From assembly GCA_963675665.1 (NCBI GenBank), contig OY776510.1, positions 96,001 to 160,000 of the forward strand: a DNA stretch of 64,000 bases, given 5' to 3'. Positions within the stretch are counted from its first letter, which is position 1. Each line of letters begins with the position of its first letter. The notes under the pieces are model-generated. The model did not search any database. It had not been told where the DNA came from and worked only from the letters and a program-made list of their open reading frames with translations. Of this stretch, positions 39,189-48,774 are shown one piece after another. Origin of the DNA: Spirochaetia bacterium (GTDB lineage Bacteria > Spirochaetota > Spirochaetia > UBA9216). Made by a program: the position numbers and the translations under genes.

Positions 39189-41037
39189 TCAGTTTCTCCA
39201 GCTCCTTCCTGTTGAATGTCATCACGATTTCTGTGTAGACACCTTCTTCCGAATTAATCTCTATCTTTCCCTTGTGCCTTTCAATGATGCCAAGACAAAA
39301 ACTCAGGCCCAGTCCTGTTCCTTCTTTCTTGGTCGTAAAGAACGGCGTCAGCACACGGCTTCTGTTTTCCTGCGGGATCCCCTCCCCCGAATCGCAAACT
39401 TTCAGAACAATAATATCCGAACTGATGCATAGATAAAAGTTTATGTTTTTACTTTTGGGATCCGGTTTGACCATAATTGATTCAACGCTGTTTTTTACCA
39501 GGTTATCAAGCAGCTGGGCAATATTATTTTTGTCCATCCGGATAAAACAGGATCCCTTGAGATCCGTCTTCAGGCTGAATTTTATTTTTGGATAGCTGTT
39601 GCTGTAAATTACAAGAAACTCACTCAGCATATCCAGAATATTAACCAGTTCGGGCTGCAGTTTTGATTTTCCCCCGTTTATCAGAAGATCATTTAAAAGC
39701 TTGTCGATTCTGTTCAGCTCGTCATCCATCAATTCAAGATAATGGTCCATTTTCCCGACAGGGAGGTTTCTGCGGTGCATCAGCTGTGAAAAACCCTTAA
39801 CTGCCGTCAGAGGGTTTTTGATTTCATGGGCAATGTTTAAACCCATCTCTCCCAGAATGACAAGTCGCTGCTGTTCCTGGAGTCGTCTTTCATACAACTT
39901 GATCAATGTCTGGTCACGAAATATGAAAACAACGCCTATATTAATATTCTCGTCGTTATATACGTCATTACTGTAGACCTCAAAAATACGCCCCTTGAAT
40001 ATTATGTCGCCCTTCCTGCTATCAACACTCATCTCCGGATTATTGTCTATAAAGGAACAGATTTCATCAGGTAAAACCGACAGATATTTTTCACCCGGAA
40101 GATTCCGTCCTTCCATATCGACAATTTCCAGAAAGGCCGGGTTTGCCAGCAGAATTTCACCGTCAATCGAGATTGCCAGTATTCCGCTTTTCAAACTGTC
40201 GAAAATAAACTCGTTGTGGCTCTTAAAGAAGAAAATCTTGTCGAGAAGACTGTTAACACTGCTTACCACACTGGCCAGAGGACCGGTAATTTTCGACAGG
40301 CGCTCTTTCGGGTTATGCATTACAATATCTATATCGCTTATAAGCAGATCAATTCTTCGGTTAAAATACCAGGTGGGAAGAAACACGGCAACATAGAGAA
40401 GGATAAAAATAATTATTGTAAAAAAAAGTATCTGCTTGAAGACTATCGACAGCCTGCTGGAAACATCTTCCAGGGTCTCATTGGCCCATATGTATCCTAT
40501 TGTAGTTCCGTTTCTGATTACAGGGCGCATACAGTTCATGATGTTTCCCCTGACAAGTTCACCGTGCTGCACCATTGACTGCCCTTCAGCCATTACCTGG
40601 TACCCCAGATGTCCCTCAAAAATCGACTGCCCTATCGTATGACCGAATTCTGCTTCCGGCCCGTACGTGAGAATAGCATCAAGCTCCTTCGAGTAATACC
40701 CCACCCCCACTCCGGAAACACCTGAAGCAACAAAATCGGTAATTTCCCACAGCTCATCATGCAGAATCTTTATCTTTTCTTCACGCGTAACGGAAACCCC
40801 GCCATACCGATTAATTATATCTTCATAGGTTCCATCCAGCGCGTTATCAAGCTGGGTTGCCAGACCGAACAGCATCACCTCTTTTTCTTCGATAAGTTCT
40901 TTTGATATGATAACTCTCAGAGAACTTTCAGTAGCAAAGAAAGCAATAAGAATTATCGCCAGAATTATCAATAGAAGTCTGACAGTATAACTTTCAGTGA
41001 GTCTTTTCTGAATTGTATTAAAAATCGTTCCGGGCAT
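39178..41037 (-). CDS. atoS: Sensor histidine kinase
   Basis: Two TM helices; periplasmic GVGYYSKELDAILTYGP resembling AtoS; PAS; AHEIKNPL; PFFTTK GTGLGL. Confidence 0.8.
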   Translation of the reverse strand: MPGTIFNTIQKRLTESYTVRLLLIILAIILIAFFATESSLRVIISKELIEEKEVMLFGLATQLDNALDGTYEDIINRYGGVSVTREEKIKILHDELWEITDFVASGVSGVGVGYYSKELDAILTYGPEAEFGHTIGQSIFEGHLGYQVMAEGQSMVQHGELVRGNIMNCMRPVIRNGTTIGYIWANETLEDVSSRLSIVFKQILFFTIIIFILLYVAVFLPTWYFNRRIDLLISDIDIVMHNPKERLSKITGPLASVVSSVNSLLDKIFFFKSHNEFIFDSLKSGILAISIDGEILLANPAFLEIVDMEGRNLPGEKYLSVLPDEICSFIDNNPEMSVDSRKGDIIFKGRIFEVYSNDVYNDENINIGVVFIFRDQTLIKLYERRLQEQQRLVILGEMGLNIAHEIKNPLTAVKGFSQLMHRRNLPVGKMDHYLELMDDELNRIDKLLNDLLINGGKSKLQPELVNILDMLSEFLVIYSNSYPKIKFSLKTDLKGSCFIRMDKNNIAQLLDNLVKNSVESIMVKPDPKSKNINFYLCISSDIIVLKVCDSGEGIPQENRSRVLTPFFTTKKEGTGLGLSFCLGIIERHKGKIEINSEEGVYTEIVMTFNRKELEKLNEA

Positions 41038-41127
41038 TATGGTCCTTGTTGATATATTCTAAGTCTATGAGATACAGGGGTCAATCGACTATTTTATTTT
41101 TATATTGAAAAAATAATATCTGGAAGT

Positions 41128-41976
41128 TTATTCCGTCAGCTTCCTGAGTAAATCAAGCTCTCCGGACCAGTTTCTCCTGTCCGGGGTTTCAAGAATCATC
41201 GGGATACAGTTGATTTGCGGATCATTCATAATAGCCCTGAAGCCTTCAAGCCCGATTTGTCCCTTTCCGATATTCTCATGCCTGTCGCTTTTCGATCCCA
41301 GCCCTTCTTTCGAATCATTAAGGTGCATTCCTTTCAGATAACCAAAACCTATGATTCGATCGAATTCAGATGCAGTCCGCGTCCAGCCCTTCGGGTTTGA
41401 AATATCATAACCCGCGGCGAAAATATGGCAGGTATCGATACATACTCCTATGCGGGATTTGTCTTTAACCTGTTCAATTATGGCGGCAAGTTCCTCAAAA
41501 CTGCCGCCTATCTTGTTGTCCTGGCCGGATGTCGTTTCCAGTACATGAACCACATCCGGTACAAATTTGTGAGCACGGTTAATTGAATCGGAAATGCGGC
41601 TGATACCTTCTTCTTTACTGATGATACCGACGGTACTGCCCGGATGAAAGTTAAGATATTTCAGTCCCAGAACGCGGACTCTTTCCAGTTCATCAACAAA
41701 TGCGGCAAATGAACGTTCTCTCTTCTCATTGTCTGGCTGGGCAAGGTTTATCAGGTATGAATTATGCGGAAGGACCATATCGGCTGTATATCCGTATTCG
41801 GTCATTCTTTCTTTAAAAAGTCTTATGCTTTCGTCGCTCAGATCCGGAGATTCCCAGCGCCGCTGATTACGGGTAAAAATGGCAAAACCGGCTGCCGCAA
41901 TCCTGTCGGCATGGAGCGGAGCATTCTCTACACCGCCGGCAGTAGTTACATGGGCCCCGATATATTTGGTTTTCAT
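41128..41976 (-). CDS. nfo: Endonuclease IV
   Basis: IGAHV, HNSYLINL, NFHPG, LET, CIDTCH, HLNDSK, DRHE, ILETP. Confidence 0.95.
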   Translation of the reverse strand: MKTKYIGAHVTTAGGVENAPLHADRIAAAGFAIFTRNQRRWESPDLSDESIRLFKERMTEYGYTADMVLPHNSYLINLAQPDNEKRERSFAAFVDELERVRVLGLKYLNFHPGSTVGIISKEEGISRISDSINRAHKFVPDVVHVLETTSGQDNKIGGSFEELAAIIEQVKDKSRIGVCIDTCHIFAAGYDISNPKGWTRTASEFDRIIGFGYLKGMHLNDSKEGLGSKSDRHENIGKGQIGLEGFRAIMNDPQINCIPMILETPDRRNWSGELDLLRKLTE

Positions 41977-42082
41977 GTATACAATATAATAAAAAGAATC
42001 GATTGAATCCAGTTCGACTTTCATTCTTTATTGTTTCAGCTTCTGCTTGAAAAAGAGACATCTAACGGGTAATATCATTCTC

Positions 42083-42358
42083 ATGGAATGGAAAGCAAGT
42101 CATATACTGGTTAAAAGCGAAAGTCAGGCAAGAGAACTGCAGCGCAAGGTTAAACAGGGCGCCAATTTTGAAGCAATAGCCCGCGATTTCTCAACCTGCC
42201 CAAGCAAATCGAAGGGCGGAGATCTCGGGTGGTTCGGTCCCGGGAAAATGGTTCCCGAGTTTGAAAGGGCATGCACCAGAATGGGAGTCGGCGGCATAAG
42301 CGATGTTGTAAGAACCCAGTTCGGTTACCATATAATAAAGCTGACCGGAAAACGCTGA
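42083..42358 (+). CDS. ppiC: Parvulin peptidyl-prolyl isomerase
   Basis: ASHILVK, STCPS..GGDLG, MVPEFE, TQFGYHII. Confidence 0.9.
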   Translation: MEWKASHILVKSESQARELQRKVKQGANFEAIARDFSTCPSKSKGGDLGWFGPGKMVPEFERACTRMGVGGISDVVRTQFGYHIIKLTGKR

Positions 42359-42436
42359 TCGAAAACAAACAGGCCGAAGGATTAATCCTCCGGCCGAAAA
42401 AACATGAATCTGCGCAGGTGTTTATTCTTAAAGCAT

Positions 42437-43813
42437 TTAAACTATTGCGTTCATTATAAAAAGTACGACAGCGCCGACTACTGAAAGCGATAAAACAGCG
42501 CCGAACCAGTGCCAGAGCATTTCCTTGACATCGGTCAATCCCGTTGTTCTGTTAACAACCCAGAAATAACTGTCGTGCAGGTTTGTAATACCTATTGAAC
42601 CGATACAACATGCCAGTCCTGCAATGTACGGATTAATTCCGGGCATTGCAAGAAGAATCGGCGCTGAAATCGAACCTGCCGTAAGCATACCGACCGTGGC
42701 GGATCCTGTAACAATCCTTAAAAGAAAAGCCATTAGATAAGGCAGTACTATGCCGGGAATATTGGCATCAACAAGAGCCTGGGCAATCTGCTCGCCTGCT
42801 CCGCTTGCCTTAAGTACTGCGCCCAGAGCCCCGCCGGCGCCGGTTACAAATACTATTATTCCTGCATGTTTGATTGAGTCATCAAGAATTCCCACAACCT
42901 TTTTGCGATCAGTTTTACCGGCAAGACCGTAAATGGCAATAAGAACACCGATTCCTACCGCAACTATCGGATGACCGAAAAGACCTACCACAGTTTTAAG
43001 CGAACCGCTGAATCCGGCCATGTTTCCGACTGTATTCAGAAGAATAAGCACAATCGGAATAAGAATAGGCGCGAATGAGATAAAAGTTCCCGGAAGACCT
43101 TCCGTCTCAATCTTGTCTGTCGCCTGAAGTTCTTCTGCAGTATAATTTCGTTCGATAAGAACCGAAGAATCAATCGGATCCGGAAGTTTAAACAGTTTTT
43201 TCCCAATCCATTTTGAATAAGCAAGCCCTGCAAGCGTGATGGGAATGGAAGCAATCAAACTGTATATCATGAATATCCCGATATCCAGACCAAAGAAATT
43301 GGTGATGGCAAGGGGGCCGGGCGTAGGCGGAATAAGGGAGTGTGTAACAAGCAGCGCCGTACCGAGTGCACAGCTGATTGTTATCAGACTCCGGCCTGTA
43401 TTTCTCGACAGGGATTTTGCCAGCGGTGAAAGAACAACAAAAGCCGAGTCACAGAAAACCGGAATAGATACTATAAATCCGGTAATCATCATGGCAATAT
43501 CTTCTTTACCTTTTCCGAGTATCTTTATAAAGGTTACGGCCATTCTTTTTGCAGCGCCGCTGACCTCAAAGATTGCTCCCATCATGACACCAAAACCGAT
43601 AATAATTCCTATACTTCCCAGGGTCCCGCCGAATCCGTTCTTTACCGAATTAAGAACGTCAACCGGGGGAAGTCCGGCAATCAGACCGGCGGCTATCGCG
43701 CCGATGATCATTGCGGGGAAAACATGAATTTTGGTTCGCATTACGAAGTAGAGTATTACAAATATTGCAACCGCAAGACCTATAATGACCCTAATTACAT
43801 TTACGTCTCCCAT
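42437..43813 (-). CDS. GntP family sugar-acid/H+ symporter
   Basis: GFGGTLG, SIPVFCDS, IPPTPGP, TGAGG, GSATV, DSYFWVV. Confidence 0.9.
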   Translation of the reverse strand: MGDVNVIRVIIGLAVAIFVILYFVMRTKIHVFPAMIIGAIAAGLIAGLPPVDVLNSVKNGFGGTLGSIGIIIGFGVMMGAIFEVSGAAKRMAVTFIKILGKGKEDIAMMITGFIVSIPVFCDSAFVVLSPLAKSLSRNTGRSLITISCALGTALLVTHSLIPPTPGPLAITNFFGLDIGIFMIYSLIASIPITLAGLAYSKWIGKKLFKLPDPIDSSVLIERNYTAEELQATDKIETEGLPGTFISFAPILIPIVLILLNTVGNMAGFSGSLKTVVGLFGHPIVAVGIGVLIAIYGLAGKTDRKKVVGILDDSIKHAGIIVFVTGAGGALGAVLKASGAGEQIAQALVDANIPGIVLPYLMAFLLRIVTGSATVGMLTAGSISAPILLAMPGINPYIAGLACCIGSIGITNLHDSYFWVVNRTTGLTDVKEMLWHWFGAVLSLSVVGAVVLFIMNAIV

Positions 43814-43885
43814 ATCTCTCTCCTTATGTAATTTTAAAAGAAGTTCCGGGTTTTGGGAAAGTCCCGGAAACTTCAATCTTCACTA

Positions 43886-45049
43886 TTAAATAACCGGCCC
43901 AAGGCAGTAAAAGTCCATGGACTTTGTATATCTGATGGCCTCGCCCTTGTTGGTTTCTCCGGAAGCAATCCTGAGAAGCAGTTCAAAGGTTTCCTCGCCT
44001 ACTTCCTCTATGGATTTTTCACCTGTAACAATTCGTCCGGCATTTATATCCATATCACCCTGCATACGCTCGTAGGTAACAGGATTGCCGCAGATTTTAA
44101 CAACCGGTACTACAGGAAATCCCTGGGGGGCGCCGCGGCCTGTTGAAAAAAGAATTACCTGGGCCCCGCCGACGGCCATTCCGGAAAGAAGCTCTATTTC
44201 ACGGCCCGGCGAATCCTTTATCCAGAGGCCTTTTCCTGAGGGCTGCTGCGTATAATCAATCACACCTTCAATTGTTTTTGAGCCTGATTTCACGATTGCA
44301 CCAAGTGATTTTTCCTCGATTGTACTGAGCCCGCCTTCTATATTTCCCGGTGTAGGCTGGCCTTTACGCATGTCGACACCAATCGCTTTTGCACGGGCTT
44401 CCATTTCGTCTACAATCCGCTTGATTTCCGAAGAGACAAAATCGTTTTTTGCCCGTCTCTGCAGAATATGTTCCGCTCCTATGAATTCCGTAGTCTCACC
44501 GAATATTACGGTTCCGCCCAGATCTACAACCTTGTCCGCAACATATCCGATAACCGGGTTTGAAGCCACACCGGAGGTTGTATCGGAAGCGCCGCATTTT
44601 ATACCCATAACGAAGGTCGACATGTCAACCTCAGTTCTCTGCTGACCGGAAATCTGCATTACAAGTTTCTGGGCCTTATCAATCCCTTCCTTGATTGCAA
44701 TACTTGTTCCGCCGAGTTCCTGGATATTTATTCTCTCTACAGGTTTGCCAGTGGCCCTGAGTTCGGCTTCAAGCCTGTCGGTATCAACTCCTTCACAGCC
44801 GAGACTGACAATCAGGGATGCGCCGACATTGGGGTTTTTACCTATGCCTATCAGACACTCGGTAATCCTTTCAAGATCAGGAGGCGTCTGGCAGCATCCC
44901 TGATGGTGAATAATCCCCTGGGTCATAACTGTATTCGCCACAATGCTTTCAACTACCTCATTCGCACATACGACCGAAGGTATTACCGCAACATGGTTCC
45001 GACTGCCTACAGAGCCGTCTTTTCTGATATATCCTGTATAGGTAATCAT
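43886..45049 (-). CDS. UxaA/GarD family dehydratase, large subunit
   Basis: GSRNHV, NPNVG, LGCE, KCGASD..SG..SNP, TIEEKSLG, FSTGRG. Confidence 0.9.
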   Translation of the reverse strand: MITYTGYIRKDGSVGSRNHVAVIPSVVCANEVVESIVANTVMTQGIIHHQGCCQTPPDLERITECLIGIGKNPNVGASLIVSLGCEGVDTDRLEAELRATGKPVERINIQELGGTSIAIKEGIDKAQKLVMQISGQQRTEVDMSTFVMGIKCGASDTTSGVASNPVIGYVADKVVDLGGTVIFGETTEFIGAEHILQRRAKNDFVSSEIKRIVDEMEARAKAIGVDMRKGQPTPGNIEGGLSTIEEKSLGAIVKSGSKTIEGVIDYTQQPSGKGLWIKDSPGREIELLSGMAVGGAQVILFSTGRGAPQGFPVVPVVKICGNPVTYERMQGDMDINAGRIVTGEKSIEEVGEETFELLLRIASGETNKGEAIRYTKSMDFYCLGPVI

Positions 45050-45363
45050 TCTGCTGCTCCCTCTTTTTCCCAGTCTCCGCGTCCGCGGATACTGTCGATG
45101 TTTTGAATGTGCACATGCTCTCCGGGTTTAATAGGCTTTGTTGCGATTCCTATTTCTTCACCGTATTTTGTAACCTGCTCTTTTATCCCTATTTCTTTCA
45201 GGGCAATTTTATGCCCATAGGGAATATCATTGAGTACTTTAACCTCAAAACTGTTTCCGTTCTTTTCCATTACGGTCACAGCGCTTCCTGCCGAAGCAGT
45301 ACCGAACAGGGTTGCAACATTGTCATCATCATGATTTTTTATTGCTTTTACCATTTCCTGCAT
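45046..45363 (-). CDS. UxaA family SAF-domain small subunit
   Basis: DNVAT, IPYGHKIAL, KYGEEIG, GEHVHIQN. Confidence 0.9.
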   Translation of the reverse strand: MQEMVKAIKNHDDDNVATLFGTASAGSAVTVMEKNGNSFEVKVLNDIPYGHKIALKEIGIKEQVTKYGEEIGIATKPIKPGEHVHIQNIDSIRGRGDWEKEGAAE

Positions 45364-45365
45364 TA

Positions 45366-46640
45366 CTATGCTCTCCTTACTATTACGCCGACACCGTCGG
45401 GGATAACCGTTATTCCAGCATCTTCGCCCTTTAAACTGCGTGCTGTACTTAAAGCATCCTCTATGGAATCAGCGTAGATAAAATTCATCTGTTCAACTGT
45501 TTTTTTGTCCAGACCATCCGAAACAAGAATTATCGTGTATCTGCAAAGAGCATCTGAAAATCTCTGTGCACACCATTGTTCCGATATTGTCTTCTCAGGC
45601 GGGATCAAAAGAATTCGCTCCAGCAACTCCTGCGGCGGCGCCGACAGCATTAATTCACCGAAATTTTCGCCGCCTAGCCCCTCTGAACATTCGGCGGCCA
45701 GTATTATTACAGCATTCTCATTGGCACAGGCCAGCGCCGCATCAAGACCTTTCGGACATTGATAAAGGTTTTGATCAAGCGGATAGCCTCCGTTTGAAGT
45801 AACGACAATATCGGCCTTAACGGCATCTACCCCGCACCGGTCCATAAGGCTTGCACAGCCTGCCTTATGGGCTTCCCCGACATCGCCGCAGTAGGCTTCG
45901 ATAATTTTCTTTTCATCATCAAGAAGAACGTTGCATATAAAAGCCAGATTCGCCATGCGCGCCGCTCTTATCATGTCCTCGTGAATCGGATTACCGTCCA
46001 GAACTCCTGTTGCCGCACCCGAATGTTTTATCGCATCCGCGCTGTGATTGATATTTACACAGTCCTGAGAGGCAATCCCCGGCAGCACACTTTTTCTGCC
46101 GCCGGAGTATCCTGCAAAAAAATGAGGTTCTATGAAACCTTCAGCTACAAGCAGATCAGCCTCTATGGCAATTTTGTTTATCTCGCATTTGCTGCCCGAC
46201 GGCAGAGTTCCAAGGTTTATGAAACTGCTTTTATCGAACGCATTATGATTAAGAATCTTCTCATTCTCAAAGATCTCGTCGCTGAAACGTTCCCTCATTT
46301 CTTCTTCAGTCATTCCCCGGTGCAGACCGGTTGCTACAAGAATTGAAATGTCGGCATCCGGGTTGCCTTTTCTTATTTCATCCAGCAACAGGGGCATTGT
46401 TATTCTGCTTGGAACAGCCCTTGTATGGTCGCTGGTAATAATCACAATCTTTTTTTTACCTGCCGCCAGGGTATGGAGAGGTTCCGTTCCGATCGGATTC
46501 GCCAGAGCTTCAAGAACAATCCCACTTTCGGATAAATCCGAAGGCACTGCCTCTCCGCCTGTTAATACCGCTTTCAGATACCGCTTCTCGAGTTCACATT
46601 TAATTGTTCCCCGACCGTATACAAGATTTATTTGTTCCAT
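45366..46640 (-). CDS. larA: Nickel-pincer-dependent lactate racemase homolog
   Basis: SDHTR, ATGLHR, IEPHFFAGYSGGRKSVLPG, GGYPLDQNLYQ..K. Confidence 0.9.
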   Translation of the reverse strand: MEQINLVYGRGTIKCELEKRYLKAVLTGGEAVPSDLSESGIVLEALANPIGTEPLHTLAAGKKKIVIITSDHTRAVPSRITMPLLLDEIRKGNPDADISILVATGLHRGMTEEEMRERFSDEIFENEKILNHNAFDKSSFINLGTLPSGSKCEINKIAIEADLLVAEGFIEPHFFAGYSGGRKSVLPGIASQDCVNINHSADAIKHSGAATGVLDGNPIHEDMIRAARMANLAFICNVLLDDEKKIIEAYCGDVGEAHKAGCASLMDRCGVDAVKADIVVTSNGGYPLDQNLYQCPKGLDAALACANENAVIILAAECSEGLGGENFGELMLSAPPQELLERILLIPPEKTISEQWCAQRFSDALCRYTIILVSDGLDKKTVEQMNFIYADSIEDALSTARSLKGEDAGITVIPDGVGVIVRRA

Positions 46641-46660
46641 ATATCAATGTTCCATGTGTT

Positions 46661-46703
46661 ATGCATCATGTATACATTATACCTGAAAAATAAATCCTGT
46701 CAA
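46661..46703 (-). promoter_or_regulatory. sigma70 promoter of the larA operon with an overlapping candidate GntR operator
   Basis: TTGACA-16 bp-TATAAT (46703-46676); palindrome ATGTATACAT at 46668-46677 plus adjacent ATGCAT. Confidence 0.7.
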
Positions 46704-46742
46704 ATTCTTTAGTCATTCAAACCGAAAACTCTATCCTGAATT

Positions 46743-47444
46743 TTACTTAAGAAGGGAATTATTTTTAATATTGCGAAGTATTTCTTCTCTGGCAAGGGTC
46801 AGATGATTATCGCATGACGCAACAGCGGCGGCTTTATCCTTTTTCAGCAGATTGTCGATAATATCGGTATGCTCCCTGATGGAGTCATAAAACCGGTTCT
46901 GTTTTGACAAAGCAAGAACCCTGAACGGACTCACCATCATGGAAACCTTATCAAGGGCTTCTTTTATTACCTTGTTACCGGAAATCTCAACAAGATACTC
47001 GTGAAACTCAGCATCTGTCGCAAGGTATTCCTTCATATCAGAAATATCACCATGCTCAATAAAAGTTTTCCTGAATTTCTTAAGCCGGGATATAATGCTG
47101 TCGTCCAGTTTGTCAACTATCTTCTCAACAGCAAATTTTTCTATAATCAGCCTGAATTCATACGACTCATTAATGTCCCGTACCGTAAACTGTTTTACAC
47201 AGACATATTTATTGGGAATACTCTGAAGAAAACCTTCCCCTACAAGCTGATTGATTGCATTTCGAACAGGAGACCTGCTTACTTCCAGTTTTTCGGCGAT
47301 CTGGACTTCCTGAATACGTTCACCGGGCTTGAGCTCACCGTTGAGAATGCCCGCTTTAAGGACTTCATAAACCTGATCTTTAATTGTTGAAGCTATTTTT
47401 GTATTACCAATACCCATGAATAAACAATAAACAAAAAGAACCAT
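46743..47444 (-). CDS. GntR (FCD) family transcriptional regulator
   Basis: LKPGERI, VSRSPVRNA HTH, DAEFH..SGN, EH; start may be 47417. Confidence 0.9.
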   Translation of the reverse strand: MVLFVYCLFMGIGNTKIASTIKDQVYEVLKAGILNGELKPGERIQEVQIAEKLEVSRSPVRNAINQLVGEGFLQSIPNKYVCVKQFTVRDINESYEFRLIIEKFAVEKIVDKLDDSIISRLKKFRKTFIEHGDISDMKEYLATDAEFHEYLVEISGNKVIKEALDKVSMMVSPFRVLALSKQNRFYDSIREHTDIIDNLLKKDKAAAVASCDNHLTLAREEILRNIKNNSLLK

Positions 47445-47459
47445 CTGGGCAAGATAAAA

Positions 47460-48749
47460 TTAATTATCGTCCTCTTCCTCAAAAACCATATCGTAAAGAG
47501 TATGATGCCGGTTAACCTGAAAGCCGATTACTGCCGCAAGACCGGCAGGAAGACTGTAATACATGCCGAACAATTCGATCGTCAACACACTTACAGCAAT
47601 CGGCGTATTCATCGTACTTGAAAAAACTCCGGCAAACCCGGCAGCCAATAATGCAAAATAATTCGGGGTGCCGGCAGAAATGCCAAAGAATGATGCAAAC
47701 GCAGCCCCGGCAAGAAGGCCTATGAGCATTGACGGGCCGGCAAATCCGGCGCTCATACCAGAGCCCACTGTCAGGGAATTAGCTGCCGCCTTCAGGATCA
47801 TAAGCAGGATTATAACCAGGAAAAGAGGCGCCGAATTGCTTATATTACCGTAGAGAAGATTGAAATCGCCCTCAAACACCGCCCTGAAAATATCGGGGCT
47901 TGTTCCGGCCAGAGCGGGATTTAAAAAATATACTGCAAAGAAAGCTGCGGTTGAACCGATTACCGCACGGACGGCAACACCGCAATGGGAAAGCTTGTGA
48001 TCACGGTGAAACATGCGTGAGACCAGCGCGTAAAGCAATGTAAAGCCGCGCCCTGCAAAACCTGCCGCAACGCTGAGCAGCAGAATAATTCCAGCTATTC
48101 GAAGATCGATCAATCCCCCGACGGCGTTCAGTGAAAACATGGGCTTAAAACCAAAAAACCTTGATGTATAAACACTTACCGTGCTGGCAAGAATCGCCGG
48201 AAAGAGCTGCCTGTAACGCATACTGGATTTCTGCATAATTTCCACGGCAAAGATTCCTGCGCCTATCGGGCTGTGAACAAGCGCGCCGAATGCCGCGGCA
48301 AGCCCGCAGATTGGAAAAAGCGGTTTGTGTTCCGCTGATATTATTTTACCGGGAATAATCCTGTACAGTGCAGACATTATACCGGCGGAAACCCGCCCGC
48401 CGGGACCGAGGAATCCCCCGTTTCCGAATGTTCCGAGCGTCAATAGCGCTGCCCAAAATTTAAAAAATGTTTCCGAGACGGACATTTCGCCGCCTCTTTC
48501 CCTCAGGCTTATAATATACGAAGGCATTCCTTCGCCCTTTGCCCGCGGTTCTATCCTGTAGATTAGCAGGCTGACTACTGCAGCTCCGGCCACCGGCCAT
48601 ATAAAAACCGGAACCGCGTTTACCGATCTTAAAAAACCCGACAGACAGCCGTAAAAAGCAAGAAATATATGAATAGTGATACTTCCTGTAATGCCGGCTA
48701 TACACGCGATGATCAGCCATTGAAACAGAAAAATATATGATTTTTTCAT
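47460..48749 (-). CDS. ClC family anion transporter (no CBS domains)
   Basis: Multi-TM protein; GEGMP, GFLGP, CGLAAAFG..SPIGAGIFAVE, GSGMSAGFAGP, NTPI..ELFG. Confidence 0.85.
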   Translation of the reverse strand: MKKSYIFLFQWLIIACIAGITGSITIHIFLAFYGCLSGFLRSVNAVPVFIWPVAGAAVVSLLIYRIEPRAKGEGMPSYIISLRERGGEMSVSETFFKFWAALLTLGTFGNGGFLGPGGRVSAGIMSALYRIIPGKIISAEHKPLFPICGLAAAFGALVHSPIGAGIFAVEIMQKSSMRYRQLFPAILASTVSVYTSRFFGFKPMFSLNAVGGLIDLRIAGIILLLSVAAGFAGRGFTLLYALVSRMFHRDHKLSHCGVAVRAVIGSTAAFFAVYFLNPALAGTSPDIFRAVFEGDFNLLYGNISNSAPLFLVIILLMILKAAANSLTVGSGMSAGFAGPSMLIGLLAGAAFASFFGISAGTPNYFALLAAGFAGVFSSTMNTPIAVSVLTIELFGMYYSLPAGLAAVIGFQVNRHHTLYDMVFEEEDDN

Positions 48750-48774
48750 TCAGCTGTGCAATTCCTGATTCATT

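Noticed and set aside
43886-45363. Calling the split dehydratase SuyAB sulfolactate lyase
   Set aside because: The Cys-containing motifs (SVVCAN, QGCCQ, LGCE) and the GntP neighbour fit UxaA/GarD sugar-acid types better; not fully excluded
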